The notes under the pieces: model-generated
Databases searched by the model: none
What the model saw: only the letters and a program-made list of their open reading frames with translations
What the model was told of the DNA's origin: nothing
Shown here: piece after piece, positions 35,991-50,210 of the stretch
Layout of the letters: each line of letters opens with the position of its first letter
Position numbering within the stretch: position 1 is the stretch's first letter
Program-made: the position numbers and the translations under genes
Assembly: GCF_000002075.1 (NCBI RefSeq)
Contig: NW_004798004.1
Coordinates: 53,776-117,775, forward strand
Reading direction: 5' to 3'
DNA: 64,000 nucleotides
From: Aplysia californica
Lineage: Eukaryota

Positions 35991-38900
35991 AAATACTGCC
36001 TATGCTATTTCTTTTTTTTTTCTCTTTTACACTTTGTGTTAATGAATGAAGTGAGCTGTGTCTTTTAAATGAAACGAAAGAGTCGTAATGTAACTTATGT
36101 TTGAAGGTCACACCACCGACATTACTGTTACTCTCACCATTCCTCGTATTTATTGAGCTGAGAGTGCAGCAGGCTCACGTATAACACAGCCTCTGATATG
36201 TCATTTGTCTACTCAGTCACGTAAGTAAAAAAAAAGCTTCTTTTTCTTTCCTTGACTCCCTGGAGGTTTGGAAACTGCTGCTACAAATGTAATGTAAGTA
36301 AATTTGGTAAACAATACTGGATTAAGATGTTGGATTTTGTTACTTGTTACACGTGTGTCGGAAATGAGTTACTTGATTGTATGTCTTTGGGTGTAATAAA
36401 AATGATAATAATTGATACATGACATAATTTATAAAGCGCATTTCCATAGTTAACAATGCTCAATGCGCTTTTCAAGGCCTCATCGCCTTGGAACTATTTT
36501 GTCCAAAGTAAAGAGTTACTTAAGTATACTTTGGACAAAATAGTTCTGAGGGGACGACATGTTAATTGCCTGTAATGGCTTAAAAATACAGGCGGAGTGC
36601 ATGACTTTGTGAATTGCTGTACAGATGAAATGAAAATGTTCTTCTTGTTGAGAAAAACACCTGAGTAACATATCTAGATTTATTTTAGTTTAGCTGGAAT
36701 GTTATGTATACTGCTTTCCTACAGTCTTCCCCCATCTCTTTGATGACTCTATCTTTTCATCACTCTATCTGACTNNNNNNNNNNNNNNNNNNNNNNNNNN
36801 NNNNNNNNNNNNNNNNNNNNNNNNNNNNNNNNNNNNNNNNNNNNNNNNNNNNNNNNNNNNNNNNNNNNNNNNNNNNNNNNNNNNNNNNNNNNNNNNNNNN
36901 NNNNNNNNNNNNNNNNNNNNNNNNNNNNNNNNNNNNNNNNNNNNNNNNNNNNNNNNNNNNNNNNNNNNNNNNNNNNNNNNNNNNNNNNNNNNNNNNNNNN
37001 NNNNNNNNNNNNNNNNNNNNNNNNNNNNNNNNNNNNNNNNNNNNNNNNNNTGCACACACGCCTTTTTTATATATATATTACTAACCATAATGTATACTTT
37101 TCTAAAAACCCTTTACAAGGATTGCTGGCTCTCATAGTGATGGGTTTTTCAATATATGACTCAACCACCGATGTTTTGTGGTCAAGATGCCTCAAAGGTC
37201 ACTATGAGTCGAATGCACACAAAACATTAATATACCGAGTTGCACAACGTAGGCTGAAAGGCGATTGATGATGATGATGACAAAGTAGGTTGAAGTAAGA
37301 ATACTAAAATCATAAGAAATTTACTTTTATGGGTGCCCACCAAGAACATAGCTGTACTCAGTGTGTTGTAGGTATTTCAAGCCATTCTGTCTCACATTTT
37401 TGTCCTTGCAAAGTTTATAATTGTTTTCAACATTTCGGCTTGCCTTTCAAAATATATATATGTAGTCCCCAAAGCTGGTACACCGTTCTCTCCATAGAAC
37501 CAGATTGATTACTGTGTACATTTTTTTCCTCCCATGCTCGACTTGGATTCACTTATTTAAAGAAATTCACAAATTCAAGTGGTGCGCAAAATGTTCAAGT
37601 TTTAAGGGGCTCTATTGCATTGAAACATGTGACATTAGGTGACTCAAATTGCAAATTCAAAAGGTTGGCAAAAAGTGAAATGGGCAAAATGCGAAGAAAA
37701 AAAAAAAAAAAAAAAGAGCGTGCAAAAAAGTACAGGTGTACAGTATCTTGTTTGTAGTGTGCAGACCGGTGTTTAAATTTGTTACCACACAAGAGATGTA
37801 CTTATGAAAGGGTTGCCATATCACAGCATTGATTTTCTTTCATTGTTTTTTTGACAACTGAAATCCTTTTTATGCTTTTGGTTGCGTGTGCCCAAACTTG
37901 TTTATTAAGTGGGGTTGTTTCTTTTTGGTTTGTAGTGGTTGACCTTCAGACCAGCAAGTTTGTATGTGTGGAAAACCTTGTTATGTTTCATGTATATGTT
38001 TAAAAAGGAGAGTTTTTACATTCTTTCCCTATGTGAAAGAAGAGGGTGCTAAAGAGAGCGGGGATGGGGGGGGGGTTGGGGAGAGAAGGTCTGTAAATAT
38101 TTTTGATATAAAACGAGAAGGATAATTTTTTATGAAATGACAGTCAGAGGTGATAGTTATTTGAGAATAACAGGTCTGGTGAAAGGAATATAACCAAAAG
38201 ATTGATTTGGTTTGCATGCATTTGATATCCTTAGTGTAGTTCAAATAATTAAACAAATTAAAATTAAATCCAAATGTGAAAAAATGATGTACCGATTGGA
38301 ATGGAAGCAATTTCTGTGACTGTCTCTTCTGTCCCCAATGTTACTAACTTCTATCTTTTTTTCTCTCTGAATCTCAAGTCTAGACTCTAGATCATTCTGT
38401 TCCCAGATCAGCTTGAGTGCTGTGCTATATTCGTTTCATTGAATAATGTTACACTTTTTGACCCTCTGTGTTGTGCCAAGTTTGTTTCCTTGTTATGCTT
38501 CTTGACCCTCCGTGTTGTGATCCTGTCTCCGCTGACATGTTCTATATTGTGTCATGAGATTTGTTCACTCAGTTTTGCATGCATAAAAACCACTTGATTT
38601 GTTCCATGTACTTGCATTACTGGTACAACTGAGAATGTTCTATGAATTCAGAGCAGGTTACTGTTACATTTTTGCTTTGGAATGCAGTTCTTTGTAATGT
38701 TCGCTTATAAGCCCATCTGGCTTTTTAGAGAGAGGCAGATTTTTTAAGTCCAAGTCCAGAATGGTGTTTTAGAACTTTTTTTGTGTTTTTGTTTTTTTGT
38801 TTTTGTTTTTGTCTTCTCATCTTCTTTTTGAAAGCCTGGTATGAAAGTGAAAATACTAGGGATTTTTGCTTTGTTGTACAATGATGAGTTAGGATATATG

Positions 38901-39530
38901 TGTATTTCCTTTATGGATTTCTTGTGGAAAAGTTGGAAAAGGAATGTTCTTTCCATGTAATGCAACTCACCACAAGTAAAGCCATAAACTTTGCTGCCCA
39001 CCAACTCTTTTTTTAATTTTTGAGAAATTTTTCGGAAGAAATTGATTACCAATAAGTATGATGATGTTAACTGAAGAGTGGCTGGTTCAGTGCTGCCTTT
39101 CTTTCATTTGGCCATATGTTAAAAATGACACTTTCACTAAGCATTATATGTATTGGAAAGTATATATATTCTGTTAAAAGTATTTTTGAAGAAATTGTAA
39201 TATGTCCATTTAAAAAAAAAATATTTTGCTTGGTCTTTTGTCAACTGCTGTCGACTTGTAATGTCCTTTGTCCTCTGAAGTCATATCTTTGTTTCCACAC
39301 TTTGCAATATAGGACTTGGGGAGGATTTTTTTGTCCTATTTGTTCCTGTTCTACAGATTTTCTGTAAAAAATGTTTACTGACATGGATATTTCTGTAGCT
39401 AGCATAATGCTATTGCAGTATCTTTTGATTTTAACTAAATGTAACAGCGTTAAACTTGCTGAAAGTTTTGTTTTATTCTTTATTTTAAGAATGTAATACA
39501 TAGTGCACATTGCCAATTGAATCTAGTCAA

Positions 39531-39736
39531 ACTGAATTGCGGCCAGCCAGATTTTCCTCCCTGGATGGGCAAAAGCTACCGTTTCGGCACAATAGTATGA
39601 CCAATTCTAGAACTTAAAAAGCAAATGCGTTTGATTTGAAAATCACCATCGAGTTTTTGTTGAATTCATATGAATTGTGCCAAATTGGTAGCTTTTACCC
39701 CTCCATGGTGAAAAATCTGGCTGGCCTCATTTCAAT
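39531..39736. mobile_element. Foldback MITE with ~70-bp arms
   Basis: ggccagccagatttt...aaaagctacc...ggcacaat is mirrored by attgtgcc...ggtagctttt...aaaatctggctggcc. Confidence 0.8.
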
Positions 39737-40614
39737 GAAATGAATTTGATTGGCCTTGTGGATTCACTCTACAGCACTCGATTGTTCATTCTTGTGTTCA
39801 GACAGTGCCATTAAACTTCTCCGGATTATTTGTTTTGATTTTCCACCTCTGGACAATCACCCACCTAAATGTTTTTGATTGAGGAGTTAAATTACTTACC
39901 AAATTAGTCGCAGGGGAATTGGTAGTTATTCACACATGGAAATAAAAGAAGATTATTGTAATGACTGGAATTTATTTGACACCTGATTAAATGTGGGGGG
40001 GGAGGGGGGTGCGGAGGTATGGGGGTGAGAGAGAAAGGTATGTCACTGAAACAATGTCTTATCAGAACCTGACCCTTTTTAATTGTATGTGTGAAATGTT
40101 GAAATTTTTTTGGGCTTTGATCCATGTGTGGAATGTAGCTTAAACTGCAACAATTTTAGGTTGCGCTATTCCAAGTATGTTGTTAAAGAATGTTGACAAC
40201 TGGATATTGAAAGTTTTGTTTTTGTCTGAATTGTTTGAATGAAGGAAGTGTAGAGAAGTTTTGCTGTAAAAGGTTGAGGTTTTTTGTTGTTGTTTAAAAT
40301 TATTTTTTTTTTAGCCACAGTCATTTTCTGTAAAAATTTAAAACTTAACTGCTTGCTCAATGGGACTGCCACATGACTTACTACATTGTTCAGTGCAATA
40401 TGCATGCTTTCTTTTCTTAGATTTTGTTGCTATCACAGCATATCCATATAAAAATACATTTGGATTATCAAAATAGATGGTTTGCTCTTACTACTGTCAC
40501 AGGCATCTGCATTATTATAGTTATTCTCGTTGCCTTACTCACAAAGAGGCCAATTCCTACTTTGGGTAGATATCATTTTTGTTGTGTGTCTGCATCTTTG
40601 TGCTGGGTTGTACT

Positions 40615-41777
40615 CCGCACTGTGCAAGTTGGCCTGCCATACTGTGTGTGGTCGGCCCACATTGTGAGGGTTGGCCTATCATACTGTGTGCGGGTTGGCC
40701 TGTCATACTGTGTGTGGTCGGCCCACATTGTGAGGGTTGACCTGTCATACTGTGTGTGTGGGTTGGCCTGACATACTGTGTGTGGGTTGGNNNNNNNNNN
40801 NNNNNNNNNNNNNNNNNNNNNNNNNNNNNNNNNNNNNNNNNNNNNNNNNNNNNNNNNNNNNNNNNNNNNNNNNNNNNNNNNNNNNNNNNNNNNNNNNNNN
40901 NNNNNNNNNNNNNNNNNNNNNNNNNNNNNNNNNNNNNNNNNNNNNNNNNNNNNNNNNNNNNNNNNNNNNNNNNNNNNNNNNNNNNNNNNNNNNNNNNNNN
41001 NNNNNNNNNNNNNNNNNNNNNNNNNNNNNNNNNNNNNNNNNNNNNNNNNNNNNNNNNNNNNNNNNNNNNNNNNNNNNNNNNNNNNNNNNNNNNNNNNNNN
41101 NNNNNNNNNNNNNNNNNNNNNNNNNNNNNNNNNNNNNNNNNNNNNNNNNNNNNNNNNNNNNNNNNNNNNNNNNNNNNNNNNNNNNNNNNNNNNNNNNNNN
41201 NNNNNNNNNNNNNNNNNNNNNNNNNNNNNNNNNNNNNNNNNNNNNNNNNNNNNNNNNNNNNNNNNNNNNNNNNNNNNNNNNNNNNNNNNNNNNNNNNNNN
41301 NNNNNNNNNNNNNNNNNNNNNNNNNNNNNNNNNNNNNNNNNNNNNNNNNNNNNNNNNNNNNNNNNNNNNNNNNNNNNNNNNNNNNNNNNNNNNNNNNNNN
41401 NNNNNNNNNNNNNNNNNNNNNNNNNNNNNNNNNNNNNNNNNNNNNNNNNNNNNNNNNNNNNNNNNNNNNNNNNNNNNNNNNNNNNNNNNNNNNNNNNNNN
41501 NNNNNNNNNNNNNNNNNNNNNNNNNNNNNNNNNNNNNNNNNNNNNNNNNNNNNNNNNNNNNNNNNNNNNNNNNNNNNNNNNNNNNNNNNNNNNNNNNNNN
41601 NNNNNNNNNNNNNNNNNNCCTGTCATACTGTGTGTGGGTTGGCCTGTCATACTGTGTGTGGGTTGGCCTGTCATACTGTGTGTGGGTTGGCCTGTCATAC
41701 TGTGTGTGGGTTGACCTACACTGCACAAGTTGGCCCACACTTCGAGGGTTGACCCACACTTCGAAGGTTGACCCACA
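40615..41777. repeat. 24-bp minisatellite (cctgtcatactgtgtgtgggttgg)n spanning an assembly gap
   Basis: Identical units on both sides of the N-run at 40791-41618. Confidence 0.92.
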
Positions 41778-43672
41778 CAAACACAACCAAAGCAGGAGGT
41801 TTCCTAGAGAAGGAATTTTTCCTTAATCCGAGTTACTGAAGGACCATCACGGGTCACTGGAAGCGAAACAAGAAAAGTACGACATTAGGTGTAATTTGTA
41901 ATTTCACTTGTTACATTCAGGAAGAAAAATGTTGTCAAAGGAAAAAAAAAGAAGTGCATGCACACTGATCTTGAAGCTTATTTATTGCGCTATACTGATA
42001 TTTTAAAATATTTTTTTGCTTGTTGGTCGCTCAAACATATTTAATTATGTTAAAGTGTGGAGTTGAATGGGATGCATTTGCCTTAATCTAGGTTTTCGCT
42101 TTCACTTGATTATGTCATTTTCCGACACAGCTGATTGTCTCCAGTGCCCAGAGACAAGATTCCCTTCAGATTTCTCTGGGTGTTTGTTGATGCTATTGTT
42201 ACGTTGGGTTGTTGTTTTTTTTATTTCTGTCTAAGAGAAGAGCTATGTAAGTTGTTTTTTTCAACGATTGATCTGCTTCTGCCGTCTTTGTTTTTTTAAT
42301 TGTGCAACACATATTACATATAGTTGTTCAGCTGTTAAAAATGTACTAAGCCTAAAAAAAATTTTTGAGCAGTAATGGTGCATGTGCTCAAGAAATATTT
42401 TGTTAAAATTCAAATTCTAAAAGTTTTTAAAAGAACAAGACAAAACTTTTGTGATAGGTACAATTGTTCAAAGAATATAACTTTTTTCTCTCTCCTGTAA
42501 ATTTTTGTTTTCTGGGCTCAGTCCATTTCAACAGCTTGCTGGTGATATAATACATTTCTTGCAGTGTGATTTTATTTATGTTTTTAATGATTAACTCTTT
42601 GAACCCTCAACCGTGACACTTTCCAATTGCTAACCCTGGACTACTTGAACGTGGTTAGCTTATGGTGCACCAGCCTTACAGGATGCCAAGAAATATGCCT
42701 GGGACTGGTTTACGGGCCTTGGGGATCACAGGGTTAATACTGATTACAAGATTATAACACTACGCAAAGAAATGTATCTAAGAGATACATTTTTGTTTCT
42801 GCCGTTTGACTTGAAGTCTTAATGTATATTATTATTATTATGTATATGTTTGTTTCGGGGGGGTTTTCCTGTCTTGTGGCTGGCAGCTGAAAAAACAATT
42901 TCTTTATAGTCCATCAAACTATGTTGTCACCCACCCTTTTTTTTCCCTCGATAAGAAAATCATCAGTTATTTGGCCAGTTTGTTTATTGCCTACTATAAC
43001 AACACTTTTGAGTAAAACATCACTTTTCTGTTGTCTGTACTGCTGAGCCGATTTTTTCTAATATTATGATAAGTTATTGTCCTGTATTAGTAAAAGGTGT
43101 ATTGCATTCCAAATTGATTGTTTTCTTAATTAAACAATGTTCTATTGGGGCAATGAACTCCAGCAACTGCAAAGACAAACCATATTCCTTGTCAATATTA
43201 TCGTTTCAGTTCTGAGAGGTGGATGAAGTGAAAAAAACAAACTTGTTTTATGTTTTCAAGTTCTGAGATTATCGCTTTTATTTTTTAAATTATATTTCAA
43301 ATCTTTTAGAACATCATCTTTGTTCACATCCTTTCCTTTTTTCCATGCTCTTACTATTTGATGTCTAAACTTCTTTTGTCACTTTTTTGGGGGTATTGTC
43401 TCTTGTTTTGGGGTTTGGGGGTTTTTTTTGGGGGGGGGGTTTTGTTGGTATTGTTTTTGGGGTTTTTTCACAATTCTCATAATTCTCATTTGTCCCGGAA
43501 ACTTACTAACTTATTTTCAGCAAGCTTCAGCTTGTTCATTTTACATTTGTTATAGCTGCAAGCTCTCAGAGTTTGTTTTCGATCTCTCGAATGTAAAGTC
43601 AGAGATTATGATCATAATCATGTAGTTTAACCGATTTTTTGCTGGCAATATTTTTTTATTACTCATATTTCA

Positions 43673-43848
43673 GTGGGTGGTTGGAGGGTGTTCTAGTGTG
43701 GTTTGCTCCATCTCTCCTTTCAAACATCTATTGTCCTTATCTCACCTCCTTTTTTGTGTTTTCTATCTTCTTGTAACACCTCTAAGCTTCGGCACTTATA
43801 TGACATAGTTGTTGCAAGTGCTGAAAAATGCTAACTAAAACTTAAAAA
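43673..43848 (+). mobile_element. Family A short retroposon
   Basis: Imperfect TSD tcatatttcag/tcagacttcag. Confidence 0.85.
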
Positions 43849-46758
43849 ATCAGACTTCAGAATTTTCTCACCCGCATAGCTGCTTTTTCATTATTTTAAT
43901 TTTAAAACATTTGTACTATTTCAAGGCTTGGAACAACTGCTGTTGTTTACTTTTCTCGAAATAGCGGGAGTTTTTGCAATAAGCAGTCGCTCATTTTTTG
44001 CTGTGAGAACTTTTTTATGAAAGTAATTGTAGTGACCATGGTCCAGTACTTTCTCTTATGTATGGAGGCATTCATACTGCTGCTACCTGTACAGACCTTG
44101 AAACTTAATACCGGGTGCTCATTGCGGATGGAGTCGGGTCAGAATCATCGCCTGACTCGTAGCCTGAAAACAAATGCGCTTTTTTTTTAGGCGACGAGTT
44201 GGGCGCGATCGGCTTGTGCCACGATAGCCGCTTTGCGCCCTCAATCTGGCTAGCAAACTGACCCGACTAGACCCCCCCAATGAGGCCCCCGTATAAGGCA
44301 TGACAAGTAGGTGGCTTTCATTGATTGACTGATACATATATTTTAATTTGCTGATCAAAGCAAAGTTTTAATTTTTTTTCCTCCTGAGATTATGTTTGCT
44401 TTATACCGAGGTAATGGGATAATTCAATCTGACTTATATACTTTCTTTACGTTCTTTATTATCTGTATGTCTTCCTCATTTTATTTATTTGAGGGGTTAC
44501 TGAAATACATCGGTTTTGCTCTGCTTGTTTTTAAAGTTGAGTGAGTATGCTATTGGTCTACTGGTTGTCTGAACTATTCTAATCAAATTCATGGTCAGTT
44601 TTCCCATCCATATTGTTTTGTTGGGGGGTTTTTTCTTTTTTTTTTTGTTGGTTTTTTTTGTTTTTCGCTTTTGCAAAGCTGCTGCTGTTTATACTTTCTG
44701 AACAATCCTGAGTTTTGGACCATCATTTGAAAAGTGTCCTGTGCAGCTACTACTCATGTAGTTTCTCTGTGCCTTGGAGACAAACATAAATTCATAAAGA
44801 TCTCAACTCTAAAATTGCCAAATTTATATTAGAAGAGGGTTAACATTAGTGGAAACGAAATCTGTTTTAAAGTTTTTGGCTACACACATGTTTTCCTATA
44901 ACTTCTGTTGATTTGCTGTTTCTGTTGTTTTTTTCTTATGTCTATTTTTAAAACATCCATTTTGTGATCACAGAGGGGCATATTTTCTGTATTGGAGAAT
45001 CTATCATGTTTAAGTCTTATGAACAACCTGAAAGATTCACTGACTGGCTCGAAGGGGGAGGGGCTTCTCTTGATTTTACGAGATGTATCTTCTCGACCAT
45101 TATGATATTATTCATGTGTGTATTCATTTCTTGTCTTTTGCTTTTTTTTTTTGTACAATAGTTTTATTTTGCAATTGATGCTGTGTATCCTGTCTCAATA
45201 CAGTTGTATGATCACAGCCGCTGATTTTGTGCTACCTTCTCCTCATGTCTCTGGTCCAGGTGTCGCTTCGCTTTCTGCAAAATTCATAGTTTGATTTCGA
45301 AAGTTGTTGGCCTTTGAGACACAGTAAGATATAAGATTGACTTTTATAGGCTAGGACTGAAGTGTCGGGTTTGAATAAAAGGAAAGTATAGCTAAGGGGT
45401 CATGGGCCCCGTTTCAAAAGAACTCGACTCTTTGTTGAATTGGGTTCAAACTTTGGCTTCAAAAAGAATACAAAACGGACAAGATGAAATAGGTTTCCTT
45501 ACTATAACATTGTTTTTCTCAATACTTTTAGATTTTTTGTGTGTGCTCAACAAAGTAGTTTTGTGTTTTGTTGAGATGGATTCAGGCGTTGCCAATGTCA
45601 GATTCAGTACATATTCTGTCCAAGATCAAGACGACGTAATTACACCATTCCACCGTATTTCTTTTACTAAAGACGGTTAAATTTTGAGCCTGTTTTTCTT
45701 TGAGAGCATCATCAAAATATTCTTTAGATCATGGATCACGTCTCATGTTTTATAAAGTGATGTATTTCATAACCTCCACTTCAGTGTAAAGTGTCTGAAC
45801 GCATTCTTGTCGTACTATTTAGCTATTGTGACATCGATCAATAAGTCTGAAAAGCTCTTTAAAATTCAGTAATTATGGCCTGTGACCATCATGATTATTG
45901 TCTTCAATATCATTTTCATCAGCATTTTTGTCATCATTCTGAATTTGATTACATAAGACAACAGACTATGGATACATGTATTTTATTAAAAATAATGGGA
46001 CTTTTTTTTGTCTTTATTTCATGTGTGTACTCATTTCTTTGTCTTTTTCTTTTCAATTAAATTTGAACCTTTTTCATCTTAGAGAGGGTTTTTCTTGGTC
46101 ATCTTTTTAATTCTGAACTTTGGAACTTTTAACTACAGTGGTCACCCTGAGGTTCGTTGTCCTCGTATGTGCTATTTACACGTCAGTCTATCAACTTGTC
46201 TTTTTTTTTTTTATTCTGATAATTGTAACCAATGGTCATAGTCATCACCATCATTTGTCATCTTCAATATCATCATCATCACTCTGTGTTTTTAATTTCG
46301 GACAACAAACTGTGGGTTCGTGAATTTTCTTTCAGTGGTTGGGGTTAGGTTGTTCTTTTTTTCGCTTTTGAATTTCAAGTTGGGTTTTTTTTTTTCTTTT
46401 CTTTATCTTCTTTTAGATTTTGTCATGGCTATGGAGTTCTTCTTCTGGGTCAACTTTGTTACTGTCATTTATATCATGTACATGTATGTGATGGAAGGTA
46501 ATAAATTATCTTTTATAGCATTATGGAGTTTTCTCTTTGCTTTGTTTTTTCATCTCCTGATCTTTTGGTAAGTACACTGTGCTTCTAGATTATATATATA
46601 TACCATTGAAAGGCCAGCATTCTGCCATGCTGTGTAATGGTTTGACTCCTCGTCATATAATATGCAAAAGACTTGAGTTTGGTTCCTGTGCAGGGGAGTT
46701 GACTCTACTCTTCAACTATCAATCTCCACCTGTCTGCTGAGATGCTGTGTCCCACTCA

Positions 46759-47438
46759 GTTTCATAAGGATTTTACTGCACTTGTAACACAGTTAGGTCA
46801 TATAACTAAGTGCCGAAGATAAGAGGTGCTACAAGAGAGTGCTTTACTTTTTCCATCCTCTGGTATCCTTAGGATGTCGAGGGGAGATGCAGGTTTTGGT
46901 CCAGTGTTAAGTGTGTGGCATCTGTGGTAGATATGTTGTTCAGGACCTTTTTAACCCCATCCAGCCTTGTCTTTCTTGGTCTTCCTCTTAATTTGAAGCT
47001 GGATTCACAAGTGTGGTAAGTTCTTGCCACTAGTTGTTTCTGGGACATTCTGGTTAGATGTCCGAACCATTTGACTCTTTGATGGTATTCCCGCTTGTAG
47101 GCGTAGGGTCTGGTTCCTTATGTGGTCTCTTCTAGTGATTGATGGTTTTGCGGAGACACTTCATTTCGATGGCATTGATTGTGCTTTGTTTAAGGACCAT
47201 GTTTGGCACTAGTATGTTAAGGTTGGTACGAAGATTCTATTGATAAGCTGGGATTTCACTTCAGTTGGGATGTTTTTGTGACTGAGCAGGGTTGCTAGCT
47301 GGTAGGTCACTGCATTTGTCTTCATAGTTCTTCTACAAACGAGTAATAAACCCCCAAAAAAGGATGAGAGATAAGGACAATAGATGTTTGATAGGAAAGA
47401 ATGAGCAAACCACACCAGAGCACCCGCCAACCACCCAC
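46759..47438 (-). mobile_element. Family A copy split by an RTE-LINE fragment
   Basis: 3' half at 46759-46840, 5' half at 47341-47438. Confidence 0.85.
46841..47340 (-). mobile_element. RTE-clade LINE 3' remnant (degenerate RT C-terminus)
   Basis: Translates to ...KSQLINRIFVPTLTY*CQTW...VKWFGHLTRM...RGRPRK with stops/frameshifts. Confidence 0.85.
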
Positions 47439-47999
47439 GTGACATATTCAGCCTGTATTGGCCCTGCCAGGTAAAGTCAAACAAGCACCCTGCCTCCTCA
47501 GTCATTTACGTTGAGCTTGTACCGGCATTAAACGTATGTAAATGTTATACAAGTACTATATTATACAGAGAATTTGTGTTTGGCGATTTACCCAAGAAGA
47601 CTGATCGAGCTACCACGGTCGTTATCTTTGTAGATATAATAATATAATATGTAGTTGTGGGATGATACGTCATGTAGTTGGTGGGGGGTACATGTCATTG
47701 ATCTGTGATACATGTTGGTTGGTAGGTCCGTACTCTTTGGTGGTCTGCTTCTTTAACTTCCTTTCCGTGGTCGTCTTTGTGCCTCAGAGATGGAGCAGTC
47801 CGATAACGTTGTTGGTATCTTAATATACAACTTCAGATTTGGATGACTCTGGTTCGAATCCGGATGAGTTCTCAAACTTTGGTTGCGTGGGGGAGTTTTG
47901 AGGGCTTTCTGCTTGTAATACCTAGGCCTAGCTCGTTCCTGTTGGGGATGGGTGTAAATTCGGAGGTCCCGTCTCTCAAACAATTTTAAGTTCCGTGTC

Positions 48000-48242
48000 C
48001 ACTAGAAACATATTATATATTCACTCGTCTAGTAGAGAATGATCTTTGTAATGACATCGTCACATTGGCGGTAAAGTAAAGAGAGATGAACGGACGAGAA
48101 ACGCCTCTTTTACGGTTAAATAAACGACCTGGGGTGAGCTGAACGAGAATTAAACTTATACCGATAAATCTCAGAAACACGTTACGGTACACTTTCTTCT
48201 CCCCCCCCCCTCTCTCTCTCTCTCTCTCTCCCTCTCACCCCC

Positions 48243-48284
<42 letters not shown>

Positions 48285-49950
48285 CACCCCCTCTCTATTT
48301 CTCTCTCTTCTTTCACACACTCACACGGTTCAACACGCACTAAAACAATTACTCCCACTCCCACACATGTATACGTCATTGAAAGACAATAAGAAATGAC
48401 CTGGTCTGTGAACGTTGTTGTGCAGTCTAAGAGAGATCTTATTAACTTAAACGATAATGTTAGGCCTAGATCTAATAAAGACTAATACTACGCTACTACA
48501 ATAATTCTTTGAGTAAGAGAAATAGGGATAGAGACAGACCACAGAATTCTGTGAGACAGACAGACAGGCACAGACAGACTGACAGACATACACGATGTCA
48601 CGATGTAAAGGGACATTACTACTGTAGCAAACTATCTGAATTATGCATGCATTCCCCTGTGACTCCCTTTTTTTTTATCTTTCACTCTCGTCTTTCTCAC
48701 TTTATGTATGATGGAACTCGGGACAGAGGCTGTTATCGAAATGTCCGCTTACGACGACAACGCTGGGACTGGTTCTTATTTGTAGTTGTAGACCTAGAAT
48801 CTACTGCTGTCTGGCTGTTGATCTGTTGATTGTAAATTATAAAATTTCTGTACCAAAGAAGAAAAAAAAGCCAATCTAGGTAGGCATTGCGTTTGTAGAA
48901 GCTTACTTGACTTCTTGTGAAGTGTATGTTGTGGTTCTCTTCTCTGTGTGATACCAGACGTGAAGACGAAGGCTCCTATCTTCTTATCTTGGTCATAATA
49001 AAGAAATAGATGTCGAGTTCCAATTTCAGTTAGCCTATCTAGTATATCAGGATCATTGTAATGGATCTATAAACCTTATAATTCTTTGAAAGACGTTTTG
49101 ACTGGACATTTTGTCTTTTCATCTGTTAATGTTTCACGGAGAGAGGGGGCATTGACTTTTTAATCATGATGCATACATGAACTCTAAACTGAGGTGCGTA
49201 GATAATAAGAAAGGTTGAAGGCCAGCTATAGCCAGTGTGCATTGCAGAAAAAGGCTGGATTGTACTTTACTCGACCACCCGCCTGGGCCCGTGATTACTA
49301 CGCGCGCCTAGCCTAACTAGGCCTACGCACTCATAGTTCTCTACGTGCGGACAAGAGGTAGAATCTAGTTCCACGGGTGACTTCGCGCAGAGCGCAAGCC
49401 TGTGGCGAGGCGAGAGGTGTTGGTTGAGGTTGGGTAGGGGATTTAAATTTGGTGGATCCACTGTGTATCATAACAACGGGGGCTTGCAATACAATAACAT
49501 GAGTGGACCATGGCGCTAAATGGACAATCGGGGTAATTAGAGTTGGAACAGGCTGAGCCTTGCTTCGTAGAAACTGGCCCCAAGTCGTGAGCAGGACCGA
49601 GGGGGTTGCAATTATGCAAATGAGCGCTCGTGTGCATCTCCCGCCCTCCATTGTATTTGCCCCCGCGGGGGGGGGGAGGCCTAGAAGAGTCGCGAGCAAA
49701 GAAGAAAAGTGGACCACGTGATTAGTTTACGAATTAACGTCAGGGTACCAGGTCATGGGTCAAAGGGTACGTTGACACGGTCATTATGACTGAAAAACCC
49801 GGTAAGAGATGTCACACGGTAGTTGGCAGTCGCAGAGTGAGTAGGGGAGCCCTGGAAAGGAAGAATAGCGGACCACTAGGCACCAGGGGTGCCATAGTGA
49901 AAGTAGCTCTGACCGGCGGTTACCAATGGTCCGGTAAAGTAGTCTTACCC
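48000..49950 (+). promoter_or_regulatory. Probable TSC1 promoter / non-coding first exon region
   Basis: CpG-rich patches (48050-48190, 48700-48770, 49270-49760) upstream of the acceptor at 50169; TSS not determinable. Confidence 0.4.
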
Positions 49951-50210
49951 ACAAAAATTTTGTCAAATGTCTCCATCTAGCCTTACTAATATGTTTGGTA
50001 TATATTTGAGTACAGCCAGATTTTTGTCCTTCATGAATGGACTAAGCTCCCATTGTGACGTAATTTAATTGGCAACCAAATCCCCCAAAAATCAAACATC
50101 ATGCATGTCCAACTCTTTATCTCAGAAAATTGTTTCATAATGTAAAGATATATAAACTTTGACACACAGGTGGAAAAATTAGGCAAGAACTGAAGGAACT
50201 TTTCTGAGGA

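Noticed and set aside
40557-41826. Long 320-410 aa ORFs, and a CRISPR-like appearance
   Set aside because: They consist of an N-gap plus a 24-bp tandem repeat with no unique spacers and no cas genes, in eukaryotic DNA.
47840-47875. tRNA gene suggested by ggttcgaatcc
   Set aside because: Isolated B-box-like motif; no cloverleaf or A-box could be built.
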